From NCBI GenBank assembly GCA_907165135.1, contig OU015567.1:12896001-12960000 (forward strand): DNA of 64,000 bases, in the 5' to 3' direction. Shown here in pieces: positions 23,793 through 39,705 of the stretch. The notes under the pieces are model-generated. The model was not told the origin of the DNA and searched no databases. It saw only the letters and a list, made by a program, of their open reading frames with translations. Positions within the stretch are counted from its first letter, which is position 1. Each line of letters starts with the position of its first letter. This DNA comes from Oikopleura dioica (taxonomy: Eukaryota; Animalia; Chordata). Made by a program: the position numbers and the translations under genes.

Positions 23793-26700
23793 ACAGTCTT
23801 CAGTTCCAAAGAATGATATTATCATTGACACCCTTATCATTGGCAGGAGTCGTTGAAAGACCTGTTACATGGAGGTAAATATTATGATATTTGAAAATTT
23901 TCGAATGACATTATTTTGGTATTTGAGCCACGCTTCTGCCAAAATTTCAAAAGCGTAATCCCCAAATGAATTCCATAATATACTAAAAGGATATCCAAAG
24001 ATTTAGCTAGGGAAATCCGACTTCAACGCTATCGGAAGTCAGCGCGGCGGCCCAGCGTTTGATCATTCTATCGTTTTGTGTTTGTGTTATTTTGGAGGGC
24101 AGCTTTCTCTTTTCCCGAGAAGTAGCAGTTACCCGGCTTTTGTTTGGTAATTGCGCGAGAAGAGGGTTGATTGTTTCAATAATGCGAAAATAGATCTTCC
24201 CCACAATTCCATAATCTTCCTTCATTATTTCGGGCGACGAGTGTGAAGAAAAACTTTTTCGTGGCCTTCAAAATGACTCTGACAAATTTACAACTCCCTG
24301 AAATACAAACTTGGCGGGGTTTTTGACATATCAGAAAAATGCGCTGTCAAGATCAGCGTGTGCCCAAATAGAAGTCGAAAATGGAAGAACCGGAAGCGGT
24401 GACGACTTGGGAATCGTGAACCTGCTGATGAGATTGAACTGTCAAGCGGTTCCGGTAAATGTGCGAGATAAGCCACTACTACTGTATGCGCTCTCTGAGT
24501 TGACAAACGTTTTTTGCATCGCAAAGGGAAACTTTCGAGGAGCTACTTGTGCAGTGATGAAATTCGGGAAAATCGCGGGTAAACTTGGAACTTGCTAAAC
24601 AAGTTGTTTGCTCGATTTGAAGAAGCTACTGTATGAGCGAAAGCTTACTGAAGAAGCTCATGTAGACTTTGTGGTTTCCATCTGGGACGATTTGCGGTGC
24701 GGACTCTGCGTCTCCAATTTTTACGGATCGTTTTTGTAATTTTACGACATGTTATGCGCCGCATTTGATCAAGTCAATGTTGTCCAAGGAAGTTCTTGCA
24801 GGGAATAAATGCAATAAACTTGGCCATTTTCTCATGCCCCGTCGCCAACTACCGCAATCTGGCCGCTGGCGTTTGCCCTTCTGGGCCACTAGCCCCAGGT
24901 GCACAAATTTTTCGCACGTCAAAGTTTTGGTAAAGTCAGATTATTTTGAAAGATGATATTTATAAGCACGAACGGAAAGAATTCCAAACTGGAAAATTGC
25001 GTTTTCTCTCCTGTTTACGCCTTGGACTTGACCGTACTCAACCTGGTCGCCCGTCTGGAGCCCTAAACACAAGAATTTTTCAAGACATTCTTGAAAATAA
25101 ATAATGACCAAGGATAATTGCATGTTTACCTTTTGTTTAGGATCATTAATTGTCGAAGAAGTTCTCCAGGGTGGCGCCCAGATGGCGCTACTTGCCTCCC
25201 ACAGAGATGGCGCCCAAGTGCGATTCATTTTGTCAGCTCGTTGTCTGATCGCCGAGGTGAAATTCAAATATAAATCGTTTCTATTTTCACGTTCTCTATT
25301 CAATAAAGAACCACAGCTCCAATCAGAGACCATTTTCAGTACAATCAGAATTGCTGGAATACAAACACCCTCGCAGCTTGTCCAAACAGCTTTGTTGTCA
25401 GATTGAACGTCTCAGAGATCTTTTACGAAGACGACAGAAGAAAACCTAAAAAGGCATATTCTCGAATATGAGAAACCTTCTACCGCTGATATGCTTACTT
25501 ATCGACGTCGTTTCTGCTCAAGCAGCGTTTATGTACGGAAGAGCGCAGCCAGAAAAAGAGTATAAAACGCACTACGGTAAGCAATTCTTCATGCAAAACA
25601 TCTTTTTCGTAGAAATTAAAAATGATTGTCAATAATTTTTCAAGTTCAATAAAAACAGGGGCTTCAAAAAATACCGCTTCCGCTCTCAAGTTTGAGAAGA
25701 TCTCTCAAGCTTGAAGGAGATGCGTTTTTGTTTTTATTGAAAACACACATGATACCTGGCCCTTTTAAATAAAATTCTAATCGTTTAGTGAGAGCGTCTC
25801 TTTTGCCAGATGACGCTCAAAATCAAGCTCAGAGAGCTCTTACGGAATCGCTCAGGGACCCGCCCGGGCGTTCCATTCCAGTGAGAGCCTTTCTGAGTCT
25901 TTGGCAAATCCCTCGATACGGCACAGTGTCAGAATTCGTAAGTTTTCCCATCATCCCCATCGTCATCTCGTCATTATAAGTTATTTTTTATTTTGTCTGC
26001 ACAAACTCATTTCATCGTAGTTCAAGTAGATGTTTTGTTTGCCAAAGAATCCAGGTGTTAGACTTGATTCTGATAGTGAAAGATGCTTAAAAGCACAGTA
26101 AACGCTTTGTTCCCCTATTTTCTGTTTGAAGGTCAAACTTGACTTTGTGGCTTTTCTTTTCAAAGTTCCGATAAGGCTCCCTTTTAAAAAGTAATCCTTC
26201 CGGGGTGTCATTTATACTGCGTATTGATCCCCAATTTAGAAATAATCAATTACCGTTGTTTATCGCAGGAAAGGTCGCGCCTTGATAAATTACCCGCGCG
26301 ATTTTCGGTGCTAGAATCGTTACTGTAACACATTTCGGAAATTTACTTCCCCATTATCGGGCGCTGAGCAAATGCTTCAGCAGGAAACGACATGCAAGCG
26401 GAAATGTCAAAAGCAAAATGTCTGGTCAAAAACTACGCGCACCTGCCGATTTTTTCAGCTCTTAAATTTTTGAAATTTCAAGTATTCTAGTTGGAACTCA
26501 GCTGCAGCCATCCTTAGAGGCTAATGAGCACGAACCAGCTTTCCAAAGTTGTTTTGAAAATAGTTGACAAAGTGATGATCCGGGATAGGGGAAACCGGCC
26601 GTGTACCGAAACCACGCGTCAATTAATGCGTTACAAGCAACTTTCATCCCTTGCGGTGATTGAACTTGGAAAAGGGACCTTGCTCAAGGAGCATCGTTCA

Positions 26701-26860
26701 AGTAGCCTCCTTGGCTTTGATCCAGGGATAAGGCAACTTCCATGTTCAAAGTAGCATTTGTAAAAACACAGATACGCAGTTTCTTTACCTTGTCGAAATT
26801 TCGTTTTGTTTTGTCTCCTAAAAATACCCTCTCGAGTAAACTTTAACTTCTTGAATTAAG

Positions 26861-29800
26861 TCAACCAGCGACGGGCAATCCACCGGGCAGCTCCTGATCA
26901 ACTGGGAAATCATGGTACAAATGATAGACCCAAGAAACGACGTGGTTTGAGCAGTAGTAGGAGAAACAAAAGGACAAGAACGCGATCTGCTGGAAGAACT
27001 GGCCCTGTAGGACCCATCGGACCACCGGTAAGTTAAATTCGTCATTTTAATTATTACGAAGAAATCGTCATAAATACCATTGACCGTCTCCTCCAAAAAT
27101 AGCCCCGCATCATAAATCAGCTATCCCTCAGTGTTGGCTGTCCTCATCAGCTGTTAACCGGGGCATATAATAAATCGAGAGCCCACTCTTGGTGTCACCG
27201 TAAACACGGGATTAATCTCGAAAATGATTAGCTCACGCGTTTGATCCCTCGTTGACCACCTGGTGATTTTTCTTGTTGCCACAATTTTCGAATTCAAAAG
27301 GGCTAATCCAATTTAATTATCTCGTTGAAATGAAAATTTCACAAAAATTCTCGAGTGTTGAAGGTCATTTTCAGGGGCCGATGGGATTAATGGGCCGGAC
27401 TGGACCAGCAGGACCACCGGGGCCACCTGGTCAATGCGATCGCTCCTACTGCGTGGGTGGAGCGAGTATGAACGATGTATCGAGCTCTTACTCGCAGCCG
27501 ACAGAGGATCTGTTCGCCGCGTTTACAGTCGGTCTGACGAGAAACTTCACGAGGACAAGTCGTAACAAAGGAGTTGTGCGATTCGACAAGGTTCAGCTCA
27601 CCTATCCGAGGAACATTGGATACGACACCAACACCGGTGTCTACACTACGCCTATCTCAGGTAAAAGTTACTCCTCGAAGGCCTAGTTTGAACCTGAGAA
27701 GCGCGTAAAGATGGGAGGTGCAGCTGCACGGTCACCTTGACGCGTCCTGACCATCGCGGAATAGTGGAGCCGCTAACGCTGTAATGACCGCCCGGTGCCG
27801 CGGTCAACGAATTTTTGGATTTCTTCCCGAGCGTTCCACTTTCTCGCAATACCATTTTTCCGCAAATCCATTGAAGAATTAGATTAACATAATAGAAAGA
27901 ATGTTAGCTTGCAAACAATTTGAGAGAGACTCCCATCTGAATTCGATAGTTTCCGGTTATGGCGGTGCAACAAACACTGACTCTCCTGTGAGAATCAACA
28001 ACCGGACGTCGCTTTTTTAACCATTTTGCTAATGATCCTGTGATTGATGTTTTTTTTCGCTAAATTTTGAGATGCAAGTTTTGTTTGTCGTAGATATAGA
28101 CTCTCTCCCGCAGAGATTACACCAATTTGCTAAATTTTATACGCCTTGTCTTTAAATTATTTCGGGCGCCAGAGCGGATTTATAAAAAGAAGTCTATCAT
28201 CTCCAGCAGTCTTGCTGGATTCTTTCTTTGGCAAATAAATGATTTACAATGCTGTCGAGGCGTTAGGGTTCTTGTATTTGCACAAACGTAAATTCAAAAC
28301 TACCGGAAGTTCAGTAATAACTTTGACCTTCATTGTGTCAGCGAAACTTCCGGTCACAGACTGACAAATTCATTTCAGGCATTTACCACTTGACTACTTC
28401 GGCATTTGCGCTCGAGAAGCCGCTCTTCCTCTCCATTGTACAGGATGGTACACAGCGACTGTGTACTGTGACTTCGCAATTAAAGTAAGTTCAAATTGAA
28501 TTCAGAAGTTCAAACGGCCCGAAAGTTAGTCAAGAGATTAAAGATTCCTTTGCACTGTCGCATTTCTGCTACCGTTTATTATTCTTCTGACGCAAAGAAA
28601 TCTTTTCGGCCTTGGCGACTGTCTATCAGAGGCGGAATTAAGTTTATCTTCTTTTTTCGTTTGTTCCAAATTTTCGGGCAGAAATCGACAGTATCACGCC
28701 TTGGAGATTAAAATTATCTGCATCAAGCAAACTTAGCCCATCAAGTAGCGTTTACAATGAGATTAGAGGGATTGGATTCCTGAGAATGACTGTAAATGTA
28801 CAGAAACAGTATCGGAAACTGTGAGATCGTAGCATTTACAGTAAAAGAGGTCGATTTCCGGGCGCCTATAAATTCCAGTAGCGGCTATGCGTGGCTCCCA
28901 AATTTATCATTTTCGGAGGACGCGATTTCAATTTACGATGTCGATTACAATTTCCCCCTTCGATAGTTTTTTTGTTCCGCCCGCTGATACACGCCAGTGA
29001 GACAAGTGACCAGGCGACTGGAATTAGTCCAAGTGCCGCGCTGATAACAATATTTCGACAATGTCATTTTCAGAAAAGTACGCAAATATTGCCACCCTCG
29101 TCGTTTCAACACGTTTGAACATCTTCAAAAATGATAGTCAACAGAACCACACGTAAATTTGGCTGAATATTAACGACAGAACATAAAATAACTCGAATTC
29201 GCTCATGCGGGAGGAGTTCAAATTCGCGGCAATTCTCAAGTTTAGACGAGCAGCCAACACTTCAGAATATCCGCCATGGGTCTCAATCGTTTCCAGGTGG
29301 AAATCACATCTCCCAGGCAGCAAGACGCTTAGTCTGACAAAGCGAAATTGAATTTCGGAAATATTGACTAAACCTTTTCGTTGTTGTTTTGTTGATTCAA
29401 CTAAAGCTCTTGAGAAAATACACTTTTCAAATAAGGTATTTATCGAGCTTAATGCCTTCAAAGGAACTTTTTCTCAAACTAAATGTACTCAGATGGGCGG
29501 TAGGGATTTGCCCGTGAGAGTTACTGTCCTGGAAACGAGGCAGTAAATTAAAATTATGATCTGCCTGAGAAATTCGGGATCCGAGCACAAAGTGTAGCAA
29601 GCTGCCCACTCAAAGATCCTAAAAGGTCATCATCTTCCTTGAGGAAGCTCAAACTGCCAAGGGTGATTTAAATCTCTTCTAATCTTTTTGACGCCGGAAA
29701 ACATTGGATGCTCTTTATCCCGTTCTAATTTATAATTAAGGTACCAAACTTCCTCGTGCAGCGTGACGGTCTACTTAAATGCCGGATCGAGCATTTACGT

Positions 29801-29873
29801 GCAGCTCATCAAAGGATCGCTCTTCGGGCACTCGTATTTATTCACAACCTTCAGTGGACACCGACTTCATTAG
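26861..29873 (+). CDS. C1q-domain protein with a short collagen stalk; 5' exons not resolved
   Basis: Exons 26861-27027, 27375-27660, 28379-28484 and 29741-29873 are phase-consistent. 11 Gly-X-Y triplets precede the gC1q motifs AAFTVGL, VVRFDKV, YDTNTGVYTTPISGIYHL, SCSVTVYLNAGSSIYVQL and TTFSGHRLH*. Confidence 0.85.
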
Positions 29874-30294
29874 CGCGCTAAAAAACCAACCCGCCGACAA
29901 GTTTAATTCATCCCTTTCCCGACAGAACTTCGACCTGTGAATAGACAAACGTTTTGTTTTTATAAATCCGTGCCCAAAAAAACAACATCAACTTAGTTCA
30001 GCCTTTTTCAAATTTTTCTTTTTTCATTTGTTCTCGATATCGTGCTACTCATACTTGTACTGCGTGGATTTTTCCTGCAATAACTGTAAATAAAACACTG
30101 TAATGTAGATGTCCGACAAGTCTAGCGTCAATCATGTATTCTTTCTTTTTCTCGGTCTACCAGTAATATTAGGTAGAATGAATAATTTTTCTTTGATGGA
30201 GGTTTAGCTATTTTTAAAGGAAGGGATTTTGAACAGGCAGCAGACTTTTGATTTATCAAAGCTTTGATAAAATATGATGATGTTAAAGTTCGAG

Positions 30295-31150
30295 ACTTGT
30301 TTAGTTTAGAATGGGTGGAAAAAATATAAATTTAACGAAATTACAAAATCTTTTCTCTCTAAATATTTTCAAACTTTGAGTAGAGGTCTTGAAAGAACAG
30401 GCCAAGCTTCATATTCTCCGAGGAAAAAAATTGAAATTTAAAAGTTCTAGAGCTGTCTAACGGCAATTGAAGTACATTTCTACTGACGGCTCTAGCGTAA
30501 AAAATCTTCATTGTAACAGCATATTTTTTGACGGAATATATTCTTGAGCATCTGAAGTAAGACGCCAGCTATTTTTTATTTCGTTTTGATTACGCGATCC
30601 TTCTCTTATCAGCGATCAAAGTCAGACGAAAATTTTGATGAGACGGGGAGCGCGGCAGTGACAATGCGGCATGGTGACGCTGTGGCGCACCCTAGCCAAC
30701 CACGAATGAAAATCTCGTTCAATCATTTTCCTTTCAAGCGTCAGGTTAGGGTGGGCAACAGCGCCACTACGCTGTCTAGTCACCGCCGCGCTCATCGCCA
30801 CAGCGAATTTTTCACCTAACTTTGATTGCTGATAAACCGGCGATAAACTAATCAGAATGAACAAAAAAATAGCTGGCGCCCTAGTTCAGAGTCTCGAGAA
30901 TATATTTCCGTCAAAAAATTGGAGTCCCTAATGGGTACTTTTTGCACAATAGCTGTCAGCAGAAATTTACTTCAATTGCTTCCAGACGGCAAAAAAAACT
31001 TTTCGATTTTCGATCTTTTTCTTGGTAAATATAGAACTGGACCTACTCTATCAGCTCATTCAGTCAGATTTTGAAAATGTTCACGGAGAAAAGATTTTGT
31101 AATTTCGTGAAATTTATATTTATTTCACCCAATTGATTAAAATAAGATAT
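30295..31150. repeat. Degenerate ~850-bp palindrome (old foldback/MITE-like element)
   Basis: 30311-30695 aligns along its length with the reverse complement of 30745-31132 (e.g. aatataaatttaacgaaattacaaaatcttttctc, ttttttgacggaa-tatattct-gag, gcgccagctatttttt, gagcgcggc-gtgac), leaving a loop of about 45 nt. Ends are approximate and no TSD was identified. Confidence 0.7.
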
Positions 31151-31410
31151 GGCGAAGCTGTGAGATTGACGTTGGGAGTTAGAGTGAGTTTACAGATTAA
31201 ATATATATAATCACTGGTACAGAAGTGAAGCCTTTGGCTAAATGCGAACTTGAGTTGTAAATTTCTATCTGCTAGTTTTCGGAGCAACATGTAGCGCACA
31301 ATATTTCACCTATTCTTTAATTAAAAAAGTATTAAAGTATTGAGTTAAAAAAGAGTTTCTCTGTCGTTGTCGATTTCCATCCGATTGCTATTGGCTCGAG
31401 AGTCGAGGGT

Positions 31411-33082
31411 TTACTCGTCTTCCAGTGCTGCGAAGCGCGATTGTGCGCCGAGCTAGGAAATTGACTGATCACTGTGTAGTGGCTTTAAATAGTACCTCTT
31501 CTCTCTGGTTGCTTTCAGGTCCAGCCGCTAGTTCTCCACTTTCTACTCGTCTTTTCAAATCCTCTTCAGCTTTCTTCGCCCTTTCCTCGGCCGTAAGCTG
31601 AAATAAAAAATCATTCTCTTCCTTGATTTCAAAAGCCTTACACTTGGTTTCCTGTCGCTACTCCTTGGTGGTCGTTTATCATCAACTGATAGCTTTGATA
31701 GTTTCTGCTCGATCTCTCTTTCCTTCTTTGCAGTATCAATTGGTTTGGCAGAACCGAATATGGAAGCAGAAGAACCAGCAGCTTTTGGAGCGGATTCTTA
31801 ATTAAAAAAAATACAGCGCGAATTGAAAAAAAAACAATTTCTACCTTCGGTATTGACGGTTCTTTTGGAAAGCTGGAGTTTCGGCCGCTCTCTAGGAGCG
31901 TCGCGTCGGACTTCATCTCTCGGGTCGCGTCGTGGAATTTCAGGCTCGGCCCTTCTCCACTGATTGTCTTCATCTGCTGCGCTTGAGTATCTGCTGCCGC
32001 CAAATCCTCTGTCTCTGTCGTCGCGTCCGTAACCGCGGTCTCGATCATCTCTTCCATATCCTCGGTCGCGATCGCCGTAGCCACCTCGGTCGCCGTATCT
32101 ATCGCCGCCGTAGCGATCACGGTCCCCATAACCACGGTCTCTATCTCTGTCACCGCCATATCTGTCACCCCCGTATCTGTCTCCACCGTATCTGTCTCCC
32201 CCGTATCGGTCGCCTCCTCGACGATCGTCATATCCTCCTCGAGAACTTCATATTCCAGTAAATAATTTGAAGATTATCACTAGCTTACCCATATCTATCT
32301 CCACCAAAGCCGCCTCGGTCGTCCCGTGATGGAGCAGCAGGGCGACGCCAATCATCAGCATCATCTGATCGGCCAAAGCCGGGATCTCGCTCTCGTCCAC
32401 CTCTTCTATCATCTCGACCGTCTCGGTCGTCTCGGCCATAACGATCTCCACCTCGACCGCCACCTCTCGAAGAGAATTCCTAAAAGACGAATCGTCAACC
32501 TAACAAAATTGAGAATTAGCTAACATCGTAGATTTCAATTTTGGCACGTCGGCCAGCAAGCATTGTATCGTTCTTAGCCATGATCTTTGCCATGGAGGAG
32601 ATGCAGGAGTCTCGATTGCCGTCAACAGTAACGTAAGCAACACCCTTGAATCGACCCTTCTGGCCGCCGTCGATGTCATCCTCTTCGCGGGGGATATCGA
32701 TTCGGGTAATGTTGCTACGAAATTTAAACATGAATAATTGATAAAAATATTATACGGGATATCGTCGAAGAATTTTTGAAGATCTTCTTCTTGAATTTCG
32801 TAGACCAAATTCGCAACGGAAGCAGTAAATGGAGGACGTGCTGGAAGCTAAAAAATAAGCTAATCAAACAGTAAGAATGTGAGTTTCTACCAATGAGACA
32901 TCAATTTCGAGCGTCGTAGCTCTCGGTGCCGAAGGAAGCTCCATCATTTCACCATTGACAGCAATCTTGTTGCCTTAAAATCATTGTAAGTGTGGACAAC
33001 ATTACAGATATTTACCGGTATCGCCGATGAAATCACCAAGCTGGATTTTCTTTCCTTTAGTCTTGGGCTTGCCTTTGCCCAT
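31411..33082 (-). CDS. EIF4B: Eukaryotic translation initiation factor 4B
   Basis: N-terminus MGKGKPKTKGKKIQLGDFIGD, RRM (PPFTASVANLVYEIQEEDLQKFF...KGVAYVTV), DRYG-rich region (GGDRY tandem repeats), ERPKLQLSKR, C-terminus SRFAALEDE*. Confidence 0.85.
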
Positions 33083-33491
33083 CTCGAACAATCACTCAGA
33101 CACGGAACCTAAATGTTTAAATTTTTCACTCAAGCACCTAAAATTTATGCATAACACCAGGAAAACAACTAGGATATATTTTCTTTGTGATAATTATGCA
33201 GAAGAGTAATGGCTATTGATTTTGAACAAACTTGACTTTGAAGGAAAAAAAAAGTAAATAGGTGAAGATAAGGTCTTTATTTTGGGTAGTAATATTTTAA
33301 TGAAGAAAATAGTACAGTGAGTTGACAGTGAAGAACAGTTTGTTTATTTGAACGAGTGAAGAGTGAAGATAGTGCAATTGCAAAACGATTGAAGAATATA
33401 AAATGGAATAAAAATAGATGCGCAAGAAAGTGGTTTTGTACAGTAAGAATGTGAAGAAGTAGCAACAGTTTTATGTATAATAATATTATTG

Positions 33492-36350
<2,859 letters not shown>

Positions 36351-36637
36351 GTGTCTCTACAAAGCGAAACTGGTCATGAAAAGAAGAGTGAAGATGGATA
36401 AGATTAAGAACTGTATGGAAGAATATTCACAGTTATTTTCCGTCAAGAAGATCATTCAATAAAGCTTCTAAATCATCTGCTTCCGATTCTGATTTACTTT
36501 GCTGCGATCTTTCATTACTTCTTCCTTGTTTTGAATCGAGTTTAAAAGTTGAAATTGAGACATTTAGCGATTAAAAACGGGCCTGAAACTATCATCAAAA
36601 TCGGGAATACTATAGTTTTGCATGGAGGCCGATTCCA

Positions 36638-37305
36638 TCATTGATTGAAGCATCGAAAGTTCCATTTCAGATTGTTTTTCCTCCTATCCAGGCGAGTTTT
36701 CTCAGCTGTAGATAAGTCCCCTTCAGCCATATTGTCCAAAAACTCGTGTCGGTAATAATCATCTGATTCGATTCCTGCTTCCACTGTCAAAAAACAGTTA
36801 GCTACTGTATAAACGGAGAAATAATCACCTAGAGCTGCTTTGTAAGGATCAAATTTATACTCTTCGGCATATGGCGTCAGCGTCGCTACTCGTCGAGCTA
36901 TCTTTTCAGATAATGGTAGTTCAACTTTTGCAATATCTGGATCTAATAACACATGGATGTCGCTGTTAATATTAATGGTATATTCGCATCTTTACCGAGA
37001 GAAATTATCGAGTCTGTGTAGGATGTTCGGAATGCTGCGCGCGATTTATCCGCCAAATAGTTCAAAGCTAAAAAAAATCAGCCAAAGATCTCAAATATTT
37101 TTCTACCTATCGGTTCACGAATGCTTCTATTCCTAATAAAGTAATCATTGATGGGCAGCTTTTCCTTGAGCACAGGCTCTCTAAAAGGTGGATGAACAGT
37201 CAAGACATCAAACCAAATCGGTCTATTCTCTTCTGCGATGAATTTATTCTGGATGTAGTCTCTGACGCGGGTATAAGGGCTTCCGTACCGCCACAGTCTA
37301 CTCAT
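36638..37305 (-). CDS. MRPS23: Mitochondrial ribosomal protein S23-like
   Basis: MSRLWRYGSPYTRVRDYIQNKFIAEENRPIWFDVLTVHPPFREP matches the MRPS23 N-terminal domain (SRL...GSI.SR.RD...KP.WFDV...FPP.REP). Three exons can be joined in phase. The C-terminal half is divergent. Confidence 0.7.
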
Positions 37306-37635
37306 TCTGAACAGAAAAGAAAGGAGGGATGATTTCTTCGTCATCCGCGTCAAGAGGGTACCGATCGATACCCGTTATCGAGTAGTCTCTCAAACCAACT
37401 TGGCCAGAGAGAATTAATCGATAATTACAACCCAGAGTATATTGACATTTTAATTACAATCCTGTCAAAACACCTTCTTCTTAAGATTAACACCTTGCTG
37501 AACCAGCGAGAGATCATTTTCATTATATAAATATATTTTTGAAGTGAAAGGTTTTTCCAGGAATACAAAAAGGAAATATTTGAAGTTTGAAATAGAAAAA
37601 TAAAAGCAGGCAATGTAGAAAAATACAAAAATGTG

Positions 37636-39587
37636 TTAGTAGTCAAGATTGGCTCCGTTTTCCTTGGCCCAGTTGTTCATCGTCATGACGAGATAGTCGA
37701 CCTCGCGGTTGTTCGTGTTTCTCAGCATCAGGATCAGATCTGTGAGCGAGTCACGGGGCTCTAAAATCAATCATGTCTTGTCCATTTTGGATGATCTGTA
37801 TCGAACCTTTTTCTGCAATGATTCGTTGGAACCAGCCAATACAAGCGCCTCGTTTTCCTTCCCAGTATTCAGGAGAAGGATCAAGTCTTTCAAGAACATC
37901 ATACGCTTTTGCCGCGTAATAGAACTGCCCAGTTCGGTAACAATCCGACGCGATCATCGACAAGATCGTAAACGTTCCGCTGTTGGAGTCGGTTTTGAGG
38001 TAATTCTCCCAGGCTTGAGAGGGCTTTCCGTTCATAATGAAGCATTTGGTGAGCCAGGAGATGTACGCAAACTCGTTCTGTATCTTCTCAGATCTGTTTT
38101 TGAATAATTGATGATTTCTGTGCTTTACCGTAGACGATACCTGACTAGGAGAAAGACCTCTTCTGCTTCTTCCCATTTGCGCCGCTGGGCCAACGCCTGG
38201 CCGTAGTTGAAATTGAACGTGTCGTCATTCGTAAAATATGCCTTTAAATTATGTAATTCTCTGCCCAGTTCCATTGTCAGAAATGAACCTTTATAGAGCT
38301 GAGATAAAGCAAAACATCATCCCACTGCTTCGATAAAAAGTAGCAGCTAGCCATACATTGCCGGCCAGGAATCGTGTCCATTTCAGTCGAGGATTGGCCG
38401 ACGGCTTGAAAATAAAGTTGAGCTTGTTTTACATTTTCTTTGTTTCCGTCTATATCTGCCATCATCAAATGTGTAACGCCCTGTAAAAAGATTAGTTCTA
38501 TGTGCTATTGGACTCATTTTTACCTTGATGATGTGTTCTGGAGGCAGAGCGGGCTCAACATCCTTCATGAGATTGTGGGCTTCTTCTACATCTCCATTCT
38601 TGAGATAGTAAATAGATAAGTTGAGTCTCGCTTCTGGGAGCACACCAACAAGCGGTGGGAAAACTTGCAGTGCCCCCTCTCCGTTCTGAAAGACGACTTG
38701 ATTATGCTTCACTAGTGCTCCGATGCCGCCATCGAGGGACTTGATATTTCTGAGTTCTTTGAGTGCCTCGCGCCCGTCGTACTGACGAAAGTGGTTGCAA
38801 GCTTTTAAATTGAGTGCGATTGGACTGTCGGGGTGTTCGGCTAAGTAGGCCGCGAGCACTTCGTCGGAGACGTCGTAGTAGTCAAGTTTGTAGTAGCACA
38901 TGGCGATGTAGACATTTAGGGCGAGGAATTTCCGGTTATTTTTATAGCTACAATAATGTTAGGGACAGACAAGTTGCGTTGATCTTTACTTACAGCGTTT
39001 TATATATATCGGCTGCTTCTTGAAAGTGCGATCTGAGATAATGCATCGAGGCCAAGGCCAGCTGATCTTCGCTGCAGTCATATTCCAATGCCCTGTGGTG
39101 CTGCATAAGTCGCGACTCATCACCCTGCTTTTGGGCTAATTGGAATTGCACTCGATTTTGGAGGCTTGAGTGGGGAGCGCGTTGAATCGTTTCGTCGCCT
39201 TTTTGATACATTCCGAGGAAGAAGTAGCATATTGATAAGTAGCAGTAAACGCTTGGGTCGCTGTCATTCTTGGGAAGAAAAGTTAAGGATCGGAAATTAT
39301 GTCGTAAGAATTACATTTTCAAGTATACTTTCATATGTCCTCATTGCCTCCTCAAAGTTACCAATCCTCACGCAGGTTAGCGCCTTCCATTTGAGCAGCG
39401 TCGTATGATCATGTGATGGCTTCTTCGATCTGAGTTCAAACTCAATTAGCGTAAGTGCTCCAGTATAATCGCGCTTGCTGAAGAACCCTTCGATTATCGG
39501 CTTTTCCTGTGGCTCGGCTCGTTCCGCCGGGGTCACTCGATTAACCGGGGACTGTGATATCGCTGCCTTCTCCCGAGATAACAGCAT
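37636..39587 (-). CDS. IFT56: Intraflagellar transport protein 56 (TTC26)
   Basis: MLLSREKAA...SKRDYTGALTLIEF, LQNRVQFQLAQK, DQLALASMHYLRSHFQEAADIYK, CYYKLDYYDVSDEVLA, ALNLKACNHFR, PEARLNLSIYYL, DTIPGRQCMASCYFL, YDVLERLDPSPEYWEGKRGACIG. Confidence 0.95.
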
Positions 39588-39705
39588 TTTCTCTGAATAG
39601 AAAGAGGTGTAAAATCAGTGATAAGAAAATATATAGATTGATAGGAATAGAAAAATAGATCAGTATGGAAGACACGGGAAAAGGAAGCAGTAAAAAGTAA
39701 GAAAA

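Noticed and set aside
27652-27855. Antisense ORF MVLRESGTLGKK in a C1q intron as a nested gene
   Set aside because: Good ATG context, but no downstream exons could be joined and there is no family similarity.
31638-32231. 197-aa ORF with T-D-T-G/V repeats resembling an antifreeze or mucin protein
   Set aside because: Alternative frame of the GGDRY (DRYG) repeats of eIF4B.
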